Origin: Opitutales bacterium
GTDB taxonomy: Bacteria > Verrucomicrobiota > Verrucomicrobiia > Opitutales > UBA2987
NCBI GenBank assembly: GCA_965226885.1
Contig: CBDDEL010000010.1
Location: 105,168 to 169,167 of the forward strand
Length of the DNA: 64,000 nucleotides
Reading direction: 5' to 3'
Positions 13,041 through 22,688 of the stretch are shown here, piece by piece (within the stretch, counting starts at the first letter, position 1; every line of letters begins with the position of its first letter). The notes below the pieces were generated by a model. The model saw only the letters and a list, made by a program, of their open reading frames with translations, was not told where the DNA came from and made no database searches. Made by a program: the position numbers and the translations under genes.

Positions 13041-13186
13041 ATCTTGTTTACCTGGATATTAGAACCAACTATCTCGATCTGCGGGAAGATTCGCGGGCAC
13101 GGCAAGTTGTTGATGGACTACAAGTCAATGGCACGGTAGTTGTTTATGACAATCAGCAGATTAAATTATCCCTACAAGTTCATTAG

Positions 13187-14753
13187 CCCGGATATTTCGT
13201 AAAAAAAGTATCGTTGATATGCTTAACTGCTGATATACAGCAGGATAGATCAATAATTAAAGCAATATCAGCGATGACAAAAGGTAAACAATTAAAGCTA
13301 CAGTTGACAAGGGTAAAAGGCCGCCGTGTGCGGGTTGATTTCAAGGGCGGAGAGGTTACTTCGGATGCCGGACTGCTTTTGATCCGGGAAGTGGATCGGC
13401 AGTTGGGCTTGACCGAACGAGCGGCCCGACAGTTAGTGGACAAACGGCAGAAGGGCAAAGTACGCCATGAGGTATTGGGGATGCTGCGGCAGCGCGTTTA
13501 CGGGCTGGTGGCGGGCTATGAGGATTTGAACGACTTTGATACCCTGCGCCACGATCCATTGTTGCAAACGGTAACGGGGCGCATTGAAACGTTGGCCAGC
13601 GCGCCGACTGTGTGTCGTTTTGAAAACGGGCAGGATCGGCGGGCGGCCTTTGCGGTAAACGAGCTGTTGGTCGAACAGTTCATGGGCTCCTTTGCCGAGG
13701 AACCCGAAGAGATCATCCTGGACTTTGACGCCACCGACAATCCGGTGCACGGGCTCCAGGAGGGACGTTTTTTCCACGGTTATTATGATCATTACTGTTT
13801 TCTGCCGCTATATGTTTTTTGCGGTGATCAGCTGCTGGTGGCCTACCTGCGGCCGAGCAAGATCGATGCCAGCAAGCATGCCGGGGCCATCCTCAAATTG
13901 CTGGTTAAACGGATTCGCCAAAGCTGGCCCCGTACGCGGATTATTTGGCGCGCCGACAGTGGATTTTGTCGAGACCGGATACTCTCTTGGTGCGACCGCA
14001 ACGAAGTTAGTTACATCGTGGGGATGGCTCGCAATGCACGCTTGCAGCAAGACGCCCAGCAGTTGCAAAAGCAGGCCAAAGAATGGTTCGAACTAAGGGG
14101 TAAAAAACAACGGTTATTCCAGGACTTCGTCTATGCTGCCGATTCGTGGCGATGGCTGCGGTTGGTCATCCATAAAGCCGAACACACCGCACAGGGGTCC
14201 AACCCGCGCTTCGTGGTGACGAACCTGCCGGGCGATCCCCAGGAGCTTTACGACAAGGTATACTGTGGCCGCGGTGAAATGGAGAACCGAATCAAGGAAC
14301 AGATGCAATTGTTCAGCGAGCGCACCAGCGCCCATCAATGGTGGGCCAATCAGTGCCGATTGCTCTTGTCGGCGCTGGCCTACACCTTGATGGAAGCCAT
14401 GCGCCGGTTAGCCTTAAAAGGGACGAAGTGGGCGCGGGCCCAATGCCACACCCTGCGGCTCAAATTAATCAAGATCGGAGCGGTCATCGTGCGCAACACC
14501 CGAACGATTCACTTTCACCTAAGTGAGAGTTATCCTTGGGCCAGTCTTTTCAACCATGCGGCCCGCCGATTGGTGCCAACCTAAAGGGTGCATTGGTGCT
14601 GCCCCCGGCACTACCGAACCAATGGGGGAAAGGGGGCAGTGTCTCTACACCCTGAAAAACACCTAAAAATCAAGACGATCTGCTCAAAATACAAAGAAAT
14701 CCATCTCCAATAGCAATAACGAGCCAAACTTTACCCTTCATGAAATATCCGGG
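13187..14753 (+). mobile_element. IS1380 type 1
   Basis: Same IRs; TSD TTAG at 13183-13186 and 14754-14757. Confidence 0.93.
13214..14584 (+). CDS. IS1380 type 1 transposase (intact)
   Basis: 456-aa ORF nearly identical to the other copies. Confidence 0.92.
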   Translation: MICLTADIQQDRSIIKAISAMTKGKQLKLQLTRVKGRRVRVDFKGGEVTSDAGLLLIREVDRQLGLTERAARQLVDKRQKGKVRHEVLGMLRQRVYGLVAGYEDLNDFDTLRHDPLLQTVTGRIETLASAPTVCRFENGQDRRAAFAVNELLVEQFMGSFAEEPEEIILDFDATDNPVHGLQEGRFFHGYYDHYCFLPLYVFCGDQLLVAYLRPSKIDASKHAGAILKLLVKRIRQSWPRTRIIWRADSGFCRDRILSWCDRNEVSYIVGMARNARLQQDAQQLQKQAKEWFELRGKKQRLFQDFVYAADSWRWLRLVIHKAEHTAQGSNPRFVVTNLPGDPQELYDKVYCGRGEMENRIKEQMQLFSERTSAHQWWANQCRLLLSALAYTLMEAMRRLALKGTKWARAQCHTLRLKLIKIGAVIVRNTRTIHFHLSESYPWASLFNHAARRLVPT

Positions 14754-14861
14754 TTAGGATCATGCTGGATGCCGCTATTTCTGAAATATTCATGCTTTCG
14801 TAGCCTTTTACGGCGGACGCTTCTTCCGGGGTTGGTTGGGTTTATTGAGTTTTGAGGGCGG

Positions 14862-15506
14862 TCAGTGGTTGAGCAGGCTGGAGCCTAGGTCCACTGCGAA
14901 GATGAGGATGAGGGCGTATAGGAGGAGGGCGAGGAGCCCGGCCAGGCAGGCCCCAGCGGCGAAGAGGCCGTCGTCTTCGGTCAGGCCGATGCCGATGAGG
15001 AAGATGACTCCGGCCGGGGCGGTGTTGGTCAGCGGGATGGGCAAAATCATGAGCAGGGACATGAGGATGACCAAGACGCCCATAAGCGGCAGACCCCAGG
15101 GGCCCGCGATCCAGGACAGGCGGGGGCGAATGAGGTGTTCGAAACGGGAAAAAACTTTATGCCCGGCGTGAAACATTTTAACGGCGAGAGTGCGGTTGAT
15201 ATTTTTTCGCCCGGCCCAGGCCGGCAGCCAGAGGGTTTTCCGCCCGAAGAGCATTTGCAGACCGATGATGGTCAAGAGCAGCCCGAAGGGTGTGCTATAA
15301 CCGGCGGCTGGAATGGGCAGGGCGCTGGGCAGTGAGAGGACGATGAGCAACAGCCCGTAACCCTTGTCCCCGATCTGGCGGATGATTTGACCGAGGGATA
15401 GGTCGCCTTTCTGCGAATAGGCGGCCATGCGTTGGAGAATGGCGGACAGGCTTTCCTGGTGCATAAGAATGGGGACTTTATTCGGTTTTGGGCCAGGGAT
15501 TGGCAA
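14862..15506 (-). CDS. exoD: Exopolysaccharide synthesis protein ExoD family
   Basis: LSLGQIIRQIGDKGYGLLLIVLSLPSALPIP ... LLMILPIPLTNTAPAGVIFLIGIGLTEDDG. Confidence 0.88.
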   Translation of the reverse strand: MPIPGPKPNKVPILMHQESLSAILQRMAAYSQKGDLSLGQIIRQIGDKGYGLLLIVLSLPSALPIPAAGYSTPFGLLLTIIGLQMLFGRKTLWLPAWAGRKNINRTLAVKMFHAGHKVFSRFEHLIRPRLSWIAGPWGLPLMGVLVILMSLLMILPIPLTNTAPAGVIFLIGIGLTEDDGLFAAGACLAGLLALLLYALILIFAVDLGSSLLNH

Positions 15507-15640
15507 GCCTTAAACGGGCATTGTTACCCTACCGCATGACGGCCTAAAGAAACGAGGGACGATTTCATATTGTCTCGCCTGGGGGAAGAGGTTGTTGCTA
15601 TTTTAACGAATATGAATGTTGAAAAGGCGTTGGCGCAGAC

Positions 15641-16219
15641 GTGAGAATCGGGTTTTTAGGTGGCACTTTTGACCCCGTGCATTGGGGGCATCTGATAAAG
15701 GCCCAGGATGCTTTGGAGGCATTGGGTCTGGAGCGTGTGTATTTTATTCCCGCGGCTGCCAATCCTTTAAAGGAGGAACCGCCGGTGGCCGCATCAAGTG
15801 AGCGCAGGGCCTTGCTGGAATTGGCCCTGGAAGGGGAAAAAAAATTCGAGCTGCTGGACCTGGAATTGGGCTCGACAGGGCCGAGCTATACCGTCGATAC
15901 GGTTCGGCGGCTGATTAGCCGGTTTCCCGGCGACCGGCTTTTCTGGATCATTGGATCGGATCAGTTGAAGGGATTGCAGCGCTGGCGGGCCATTGAGGAA
16001 CTGGCCGGATTGATTGAATTTGCCTGTCTGAGGCGGCCCGGTCATCCCTTTGAATATCCTGGCATTGCGGGATTGCGCCTGCATCCAATCGAAGGGCATG
16101 TCTGTGAGATCAGTTCCACCGAAATCCGGGAGCGGTCGAAAAAAGGGCAATACTTCGGCTTGTTTTTACCGAAAAAAGTCCTAAGTTATATAAAAAGTAA
16201 TAAAATTTATAGTTGTTAA
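15641..16219 (+). CDS. nadD: Nicotinate-nucleotide adenylyltransferase
   Basis: GGTFDPVHWGH, SYTVDTV, WIIGSDQ, ISSTEIR; directly upstream of rsfS. Confidence 0.96.
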   Translation: MRIGFLGGTFDPVHWGHLIKAQDALEALGLERVYFIPAAANPLKEEPPVAASSERRALLELALEGEKKFELLDLELGSTGPSYTVDTVRRLISRFPGDRLFWIIGSDQLKGLQRWRAIEELAGLIEFACLRRPGHPFEYPGIAGLRLHPIEGHVCEISSTEIRERSKKGQYFGLFLPKKVLSYIKSNKIYSC

Positions 16220-16234
16220 GTTAAGAACCACCGA

Positions 16235-16612
16235 ATGCCCGACGAGGAAATAAACGAAGAAATACTGGAGCAAGTCAGAACCTGCTGCCGGGCATTGGAC
16301 GATAAAAAAGCGGACGACCTGGTGGTTCTCGATCTACGAGAACGCTCCTCCATCACCGACTATTTCATTATAGCCTCGGGCAAGTCTTCACCCCACCTGA
16401 GGGCCTTGCAAAACAACCTGCGGGAAATCCTCAAGAAACGGAATATCGAGGTTTTGGGGACCGATTCAAACACGGACAGCGGGTGGGTCGTGGTCGATGC
16501 TTTCGATTTCATGGTCCACCTCTTCAACCCGGAAATGAGGGAGTATTACAGCCTGGAAAACCTGTGGAAGGATTCTCCCCGGGTTGCTGTCGAGGAGATC
16601 GTGGGCGTTTAA
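16235..16612 (+). CDS. rsfS: Ribosome silencing factor RsfS
   Basis: LDDKKADDLVVLDL, DYFIIASG, WVVVDAFDFMVHLF, YYSLENLW. Confidence 0.96.
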   Translation: MPDEEINEEILEQVRTCCRALDDKKADDLVVLDLRERSSITDYFIIASGKSSPHLRALQNNLREILKKRNIEVLGTDSNTDSGWVVVDAFDFMVHLFNPEMREYYSLENLWKDSPRVAVEEIVGV

Positions 16613-16617
16613 GGGAG

Positions 16618-16652
16618 ATTCGACCCGGCTTTTTATTAAAAATCGGGGTTGA
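16618..16652. terminator. Possible bidirectional terminator between convergent rsfS and tpl
   Basis: TTCGACCCGG...GGGGTTGAA imperfect hairpin. Confidence 0.45.
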
Positions 16653-16653
16653 A

Positions 16654-18045
16654 TCAAACGATGCGCTCGAATCGGGATTGAAAAAAGCGCAGGTATTTTG
16701 GCTCATAGGTCATCCGCAAGCCGCGAATTTTGTCCCGTTTGGAGCAAACCTCTTCCACCGATTCAGCCACTACGTCCATGTGGGCCTGAGTATAGACCCG
16801 GCGTGGAATCGTCAAACGAACCAATTCGAGTTTAGGGTAGTTGTGTGCTCCGGTTTCGGGGTTTCTGCCAGCCGAAACGACGCCCCGCTCCATCGCCCGC
16901 ACACCGGAATCGAGGTAGATTTCAGCTGCCAGTGTCTGCGCTGGAAAAGCATCCTGGGATAGATGCGGCAAGATTTTCCTGGCATTGAGAAAAACTCCGT
17001 GGCCGCCAATCGGCCTGACCACCGGGATACCTTTCGCCATTAACTGGTCACCCAAATACAGCACCTGGCCTACACGGGCGCGTATGTGGTCTTCGTCAAC
17101 CGATTCGGCAATGCCTATGGCGAGGGCCTCCATGTCTCGTCCGGCCATGCCGCCGTAGGTGTGCAAGCCCTCGAAGATCACGACCATATTTCTGGCTTTG
17201 TCGTAAAGGTCTTCGTCATTGACGGCCAGGAATCCGCCGATATTCACCATCGCGTCCTTTTTGGCGCTCATGGTTGCGCCATCGGTCAGCGAGCAGATTT
17301 CCTTTACAATGGCGGCCGAGGAGAGGTTTTCGCAGCCTTCTTCCCTTTGCCTTATAAAATAGGCGTTTTCCGTCACCCTGGTCATATCGTGCATGATCGG
17401 AATGCCGTGTTTCTGTGTCAGCTCGCGTAAATCTCTCAGATTCCGCAGGGAAATCGGCTGCCCGCCCGCCATATTGACGGCGGTCGCAATGCAAACGTAT
17501 GGAATCCTCTCCGGGCCGTATTTTTCGATAAGCGCTTCGAGCTTGTTCAAGTCCACATTGCCTTTAAAGGGGTGTTCGCTCTCTGGATCGTGCGCTTCGT
17601 CGATTATGATGTCGGCAAATTGACCGCCCGCCAACTCCTGATGCAGCTTCGTGGTGGTGAAATACATGTTGCCCGGGATGATGTCGCCTTGCTTGATCAT
17701 TATCTGTGAAATGATGTGCTCGGCGCCGCGACCCTGGTGGGTCGGCACGATATACTTGTAGCCATAGAAGTCCTGAACCGCTTTTTCCAGATGGTAGAAA
17801 TTGTCGCTGCCGGCATAGGACTCATCTCCTCTCATCATGCCGGCCCATTGCCGGTCGCTCATGGCGGAAGTGCCGCTGTCGGTAAGCAAATCAATATAAA
17901 CATCCTTTGATTTGAGGAGAAATGTATTAAAGCCGGCCTGGCAAATGGCGGCTTCACGTTCTTCCGCAGTGCTCATCTTGAGCAGCTCGACCATTTTGAT
18001 TTTAAAAGGCTCAGCCCAGGAACGCTTTCTTTGTTCAGATGCCAT
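16654..18045 (-). CDS. tpl: Tyrosine phenol-lyase (beta-eliminating lyase)
   Basis: AEPFKIKMVE, DLLTDSGT, PLP lysine in SAKKD. TPL-type signatures NMYFTTT, MERG and LRFF rather than the tryptophanase FDTT, EIG and RHF. Confidence 0.9.
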   Translation of the reverse strand: MASEQRKRSWAEPFKIKMVELLKMSTAEEREAAICQAGFNTFLLKSKDVYIDLLTDSGTSAMSDRQWAGMMRGDESYAGSDNFYHLEKAVQDFYGYKYIVPTHQGRGAEHIISQIMIKQGDIIPGNMYFTTTKLHQELAGGQFADIIIDEAHDPESEHPFKGNVDLNKLEALIEKYGPERIPYVCIATAVNMAGGQPISLRNLRDLRELTQKHGIPIMHDMTRVTENAYFIRQREEGCENLSSAAIVKEICSLTDGATMSAKKDAMVNIGGFLAVNDEDLYDKARNMVVIFEGLHTYGGMAGRDMEALAIGIAESVDEDHIRARVGQVLYLGDQLMAKGIPVVRPIGGHGVFLNARKILPHLSQDAFPAQTLAAEIYLDSGVRAMERGVVSAGRNPETGAHNYPKLELVRLTIPRRVYTQAHMDVVAESVEEVCSKRDKIRGLRMTYEPKYLRFFQSRFERIV

Positions 18046-18080
18046 GATATTTCTCCTTTCTTTCTACAAATCAAATGTAC

Positions 18081-18797
18081 TCAACGTTCATAATTCATAT
18101 TATCCAAGGATTGAAACAGTTCGATGTAGTTGTACAAAATTTTCACGTTGTTGTTGAATAGTTTGCTGCTGATTCTATCTTTGGTTTCGTATAGGCCACC
18201 CCACTTGTGGCCGGGTTTGATTTTGTAACGATTGTTTTTCAATATCCATCGACCGGCTTCATCCTGGGTTGAGATGACTTCACCGACTTCTTCTAGCGAA
18301 GCTTCCAGTTTTTCCAGAATCTCATCTTGGGAAAGCTTGCGGTCGCGCTGATTCAGATAAGCGTCTCTTTTCAATTCCGTTATGCGTGCAAATCTTTTTT
18401 CCGTTTGTTGTAACCGGTCGATCAAATCCGATTCGTATCCATATCCGGTGCGGCGTTCGGCGCTGAGTTCAGCAGTAGAATTGACGCGGATTCTACCCCT
18501 GTCATAATACAGAGGCCGGCCTGTCCCAATCTCGACAAACCTGGCCCATTTGCCGTTGGGTAATCGGCTTGAATACAGCCAGTCGATGGCATCCGGAATA
18601 GGTTCAAGATAGCGGTCCCGTCCCGTATAGAGGTAAAGATCCATCAGTGTGCCGATGTTGCGAACCGTTACCATTGGGCAAACTGCGGGCGGCTCAAACA
18701 CTCTGGCCCAGGCCGGCTGGAGGTAATCGTTATATTGCTGTATCCAACCGGTCTGAGGCGGGGGCAGTTGAGAGATCATGATGAACCAGCCGGCTTT
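18081..18797 (-). pseudogene. C-terminal part of a pectate-lyase-like (PL10-type) protein, 5' end lost at the IS1 junction
   Basis: GWIQQY...QPAWARVFEPPAV and LPNGKWARFVEIGT..P motifs; the upstream part is replaced by IS1. Confidence 0.6.
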
Positions 18798-18903
18798 GTT
18801 TATGGGGTAGTGTATAAAAAGTTTATGGGGTAGTGTATAAAAAAAGAATGTTATTTTGTATTTTTAGCTGTACAAATAGCGTTAGGCAGTTTATTCTTAG
18901 TGC

Positions 18904-19209
18904 ATGGTTACTAAAATTATTAATTGTCGGCACTGTGGAAGTGAAAATATCATTAAATTTGGCAAGACGCCCAACCATAAACAGCGCTACCGCTGCCATG
19001 ATTGTGGTAAACAAAGCCGCGAAAACCCCACAGTGAAATACACCGAAGAGCAAAAAGAAATGATCCTTCGAGTCTATCAGGAACGCAGCAGTCTACGCGG
19101 TTTACAGCGCGCCTTCGGGGTGAGTCCCAACACCGTTTTGAGTTGGTTAAAAAAAACGACAATCGCTGCGACCGCTCAAAAGCACGATTCTTGCGGCCCG
19201 CCGCCATGA
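18904..19209 (+). CDS. insA: IS1 InsA (Zn ribbon + HTH)
   Basis: CRHCGS...QRYRCHDCGK. Confidence 0.88.
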   Translation: MVTKIINCRHCGSENIIKFGKTPNHKQRYRCHDCGKQSRENPTVKYTEEQKEMILRVYQERSSLRGLQRAFGVSPNTVLSWLKKTTIAATAQKHDSCGPPP

Positions 19210-19240
19210 TGTCATTGAACTGGACGAACTGTGGTCTTTT

Positions 19241-19555
19241 GTGGGGCGCAAGAGCGATGCCCAATGGGTTTGGATCGCTCTTTGCCGACGCACCCGTCAA
19301 ATCCTCTCCTATGCCATTGGGCCTCGGGATTGGTATCGTTGCCGGGAACTTTACGAGCGTCTGCCACGGGCCTACAAAAGATGTGCCACCTACAGCGACT
19401 TTTGGAGCACTTATGATGAAGTCTTTCCTCATAACCGATCCGTGGGAAAAGAAACCGGTGAAACGGCCCATGTGGAACGATGGAACAATACCCTGCGCCA
19501 ACGACTGGGTCGTTTCACACGCAAAACCCTCTCCTTTTCCAAGCTTAAGAGTATG
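19241..19555 (+). pseudogene. insB: IS1 InsB, truncated
   Basis: DELWSFVG, YSDFWSTY, TAHVERWNNTLRQRL; cut by IS21. Confidence 0.85.
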
Positions 19556-19728
19556 TGTAAACGCCGGGATGAAACCGGTAAGGGGGTCGGGGTAAAACCG
19601 GTACGCTTGGAATAAGGTTTAGGTTAGTAATTGCAGGTACGTCAAGGTTTAGGGTTTGGGAGTTGGTTTTGGGGATTGGCTTGGGGTCGGTGAGGAGGCC
19701 GGAGGCCGACGAGCCGGGCCCAAGGCGT

Positions 19729-20496
19729 TTATTGTTTTGTGCCACGGCGACGGCGTCGAGCATCGCGCAAGCGGTAGCTTTGCCCGTTGGCTTCGAGGAT
19801 ATGCACCCGATGGGTGAGTCGGTCCAGCAGAGCTCCGGTGAGCCGTTCGGAACCGAGCACTTCGATCCAGTTCTCAAAGGGCAGGTTGGTGGTGACGATG
19901 AGACTGGTGCGCTCGTAAGCGCGGCTGACCACGTCGAAGAGCAGTTCGGAACCGGTCTTGGAAAAAGGGACGTAACCGAGTTCGTCGAGGATGAGTAGGT
20001 CGAGCCTTTCGAGTTGCTTCATGAAGCGCTGCAGGTCGTGGTTGTCGCGTTGCTCGAGCATATGGGTAACCAGGGCGGTGACCCCGAAGAAACGGATCCG
20101 CCGGCCCTGGGCACAGGCGGCAAAGCCCAGGGCGGTGGCCAGGTGCGTTTTACCGGTACCGGCGTTACCGAGGAGCAGCACGTTTTCGCGCTGGTCGACA
20201 TACTCCCCGCGCATGAGCTCTCGGATGAGCGCTTCGTTGATCGAGGGCTGCGCTTCAAAGGCGAAGCTCTCGAGGGTCTTGAGCACGGGGAAACGGGCGT
20301 TTTTGATCCGCCGCTGGGCGGCCCGCTGTTCGCGTTCAATGAGCTCCCGTTCGACCAGATGCAACAAAAAGGCGGCGTAATCGAGCCGGTCCCGGGAACA
20401 AGCCGCGGCCACCGCCGGCCATTCGCGCAGGATGGTGGGCAACTTCAGTTTCTTGAGGTGATGGTGTAACAGCAGCTGGTTTTTTTCTTCCTTCAT
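19729..20496 (-). CDS. istB: IS21 helper ATPase IstB
   Basis: [25 protein letters not shown]. Confidence 0.95.
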   Translation of the reverse strand: MKEEKNQLLLHHHLKKLKLPTILREWPAVAAACSRDRLDYAAFLLHLVERELIEREQRAAQRRIKNARFPVLKTLESFAFEAQPSINEALIRELMRGEYVDQRENVLLLGNAGTGKTHLATALGFAACAQGRRIRFFGVTALVTHMLEQRDNHDLQRFMKQLERLDLLILDELGYVPFSKTGSELLFDVVSRAYERTSLIVTTNLPFENWIEVLGSERLTGALLDRLTHRVHILEANGQSYRLRDARRRRRGTKQ

Positions 20497-21998
20497 AAAG
20501 CCCCTCCTGGAATCTTGAGCAGTTCGCTGTAGGCACCGAGGTCAGGGGCGGCCACACGGACGTGACGCAGGTGTGGATGGCCGTCCAGCCGGAAGGTTCT
20601 GCTCCCGTAGTCTTCCTGAGGATAGAGATACTGGGCGATGGCCTCACGAGTCAGTCCCCCCACCCGCAGGGCCGAGACGACGGCCTGCTGCAAGGCCGCC
20701 ATGGGGTGTTTCTCCAACAGCCGCAGCACCCGGATATACTCCCGGGTGCCTTCGCCCCCGCATTGGCTTTCGAGCCGGCGTCTGAGGACCTGCAGGCACT
20801 GCGGCAACTGCCAGCCCGAGAGTGGGCGGGCGAAGTCCAAAGCGCCCGGTTTTTTCTCCAGCAAAGCCAGGTAGTGCACCGGCTCGAAAGAGACTTGCTC
20901 TTTATCCCAAATGCGGCGGTGCCGGGCCACCTCTTGGCCCCCACAGAAGATCACCACCTGCCGACAGGACCCTTCCACCACCACCGGATGGTGGGCGCAG
21001 CGCACCGGCACCGAATAGTCGTTGCACTCGAAGCGCACCAGCGAGAGGCTGCTGACGCAGGTCGAGCGTTTGCGGCTCGCTTCAAAGGGTATGGGCGGCA
21101 ACGCCAGCATGACGGCGCGCTCCTCGGCCAGCAGTTCCTTTTTCACCGCCCTTTTCCCGCGTAATTTACGCTCCATGTCCCGCTCACATGCCTCCAACAG
21201 CTTTGCGTTGAGTTCCTCCAGGTCCCGAACCTGCGGTACCGGTACCAGGAAGTTGGCCCGGGCATAACGCACGATCCCCTCGACCACGCCCTTCTCGTTG
21301 GGCCGGGCGGGCAGACAGAAGTGTTCCTCGAACAGGTAATGGCTCTGTAGCTGCAGAAACCCGTCGGTCAGCTTGCGTTCACGCGAACCGATAATCTTAC
21401 CCACCGCCACCTTCGAGTTGTCATAGCTGATGCGCCGGGGCACCGCCCCGAAAAACTCAAAAGCTCGCAGGTGCCCCTCCCAGAAGCTCTCCGTGCACTC
21501 CCGTTCGAACACCTGCACGAAAAAGGCATCGCTGTAGGGCAGGCTCATGGCAAAAAATGGCCGCCTACGCAATTGCCCCGCCTCCTTCACCAGGGCATGA
21601 CCGAAGTCCACCTGTCCCTCCCCGGGGCGGTGCTCCAGCGGCACGAACACTTCCCGCCGCCTCGCTCGCAGCTCGGCCACCACCTCCTTGACCGCCGTGT
21701 AGCCCCCTTGGTAGCCCTTCTCCCGACCCAAACGCTGGTAGATCCGTTTGGCCGTATGGCGCTGCTTCTTGGGCACGTTCCGGTCCGCTTTGAGCACCTC
21801 CTCGATCCAGCCCACATACGGATCGATCTTGCGCTCTCGCCTCTTCTTGCGCCGGTATCCCGGCGGCTGGGAATAGGCCAGCATCTTTCCCAGGGTCTCC
21901 CAGTGCAGTCCCTCTTCTCGCATTACAGAGCGCTTGCTCTGCTTGTCCCGCAGCACTTTGTGCCGCACTCTTGTCCATTGCTTCATATCTCGATACAC
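20493..21998 (-). CDS. istA: IS21 transposase IstA
   Basis: GQVDFG, ISYDN, NEKGVVEG. Confidence 0.95.
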   Translation of the reverse strand: MYRDMKQWTRVRHKVLRDKQSKRSVMREEGLHWETLGKMLAYSQPPGYRRKKRRERKIDPYVGWIEEVLKADRNVPKKQRHTAKRIYQRLGREKGYQGGYTAVKEVVAELRARRREVFVPLEHRPGEGQVDFGHALVKEAGQLRRRPFFAMSLPYSDAFFVQVFERECTESFWEGHLRAFEFFGAVPRRISYDNSKVAVGKIIGSRERKLTDGFLQLQSHYLFEEHFCLPARPNEKGVVEGIVRYARANFLVPVPQVRDLEELNAKLLEACERDMERKLRGKRAVKKELLAEERAVMLALPPIPFEASRKRSTCVSSLSLVRFECNDYSVPVRCAHHPVVVEGSCRQVVIFCGGQEVARHRRIWDKEQVSFEPVHYLALLEKKPGALDFARPLSGWQLPQCLQVLRRRLESQCGGEGTREYIRVLRLLEKHPMAALQQAVVSALRVGGLTREAIAQYLYPQEDYGSRTFRLDGHPHLRHVRVAAPDLGAYSELLKIPGGAL

Positions 21999-22072
21999 TC
22001 CTCCTTTCTAGGATAAGCGTACCGGTTTTAAAGCGCCCTCTTTACCGTACCGGTTTTTCCCCGGCGTTTACA

Positions 22073-22493
22073 CTTCGTCCCTTTTAAGGCTAACCGGCGC
22101 ATGGCTTCCATCAAGGTGTAGGCCAGCGCCGACAAGAGCAATCGCCACTGATTGGCCCACCATTGATGGGCGCTGGTGCGCTCGCTGAACAATTGCATCT
22201 GTTCCTTGATTCGGTTCTCCATTTCACCGCGGCCACAGTATACCTTGTCGTAAAGCTCCTGGGGATCGCCCGGCAGGTTCGTCACCACGAAGCGCGGGTT
22301 GGACCCCTGTGCGGTGTGTTCGGCTTTATGGATGACCAACCGCAGCCATCGCCACGAATCGGCAGCATAGACGAAGTCCTGGAATAACCGTTGTTTTTTA
22401 CCCCTTAGTTCGAACCATTCTTTGGCCTGCTTTTGCAACTGCTGGGCGTCTTGCTGCAAGCGTGCATTGCGAGCCATCCCCACGATGTAACTA
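22073..22493 (-). mobile_element. Internal fragment of IS1380 type 1
   Basis: Identical to the transposase interior, bounded by IS21 and element A. Confidence 0.9.
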
Positions 22494-22688
22494 GAGGCTG
22501 TCCCAAAAGGGTGATTTTTGCGAGGGCTTTTGATAGGCGCTCATTTTAGAGGTATTTGCATTTGGGAGAGTATCAACTTTGCTCTCCTATGACGTTAGGA
22601 TACTGGTTTTGGGGTCCGGTTGCCTGGTTTTCTTTGTATGAGCCGACAGTAAGGCTGTGAAAAAGTATTGTCCTTGCTTTTCCGCTCT

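Larger units (their letters stand above)
10701..13186 (+). pseudogene. Secreted internalin-like leucine-rich-repeat protein (302 aa reconstructed), interrupted by IS1380
   Basis: Joining 10701-11055 to 12633-13186 gives a 909-nt in-frame ORF: signal peptide, IPDSALEVAIR cap, 22-aa LxxLxLxxNQIxDISALSGLT repeats. Confidence 0.9.
18829..19555 (+). mobile_element. IS1-family element, right end truncated by IS21
   Basis: End GGTAGTGTATAAAA; insA plus insB; A8C slippery site at 19149-19157. Confidence 0.9.
19556..22072 (-). mobile_element. IS21-family element, copy 1 (no TSD)
   Basis: Ends TGTAAACGCCGGG / CCGGCGTTTACA with internal ACCGGTA repeats; istA-istB. Confidence 0.93.

Noticed and set aside
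16654-18045. Tryptophanase (tnaA) call
   Set aside because: Substrate-determining residues match TPL (MYFTTT, MERG, RFF).
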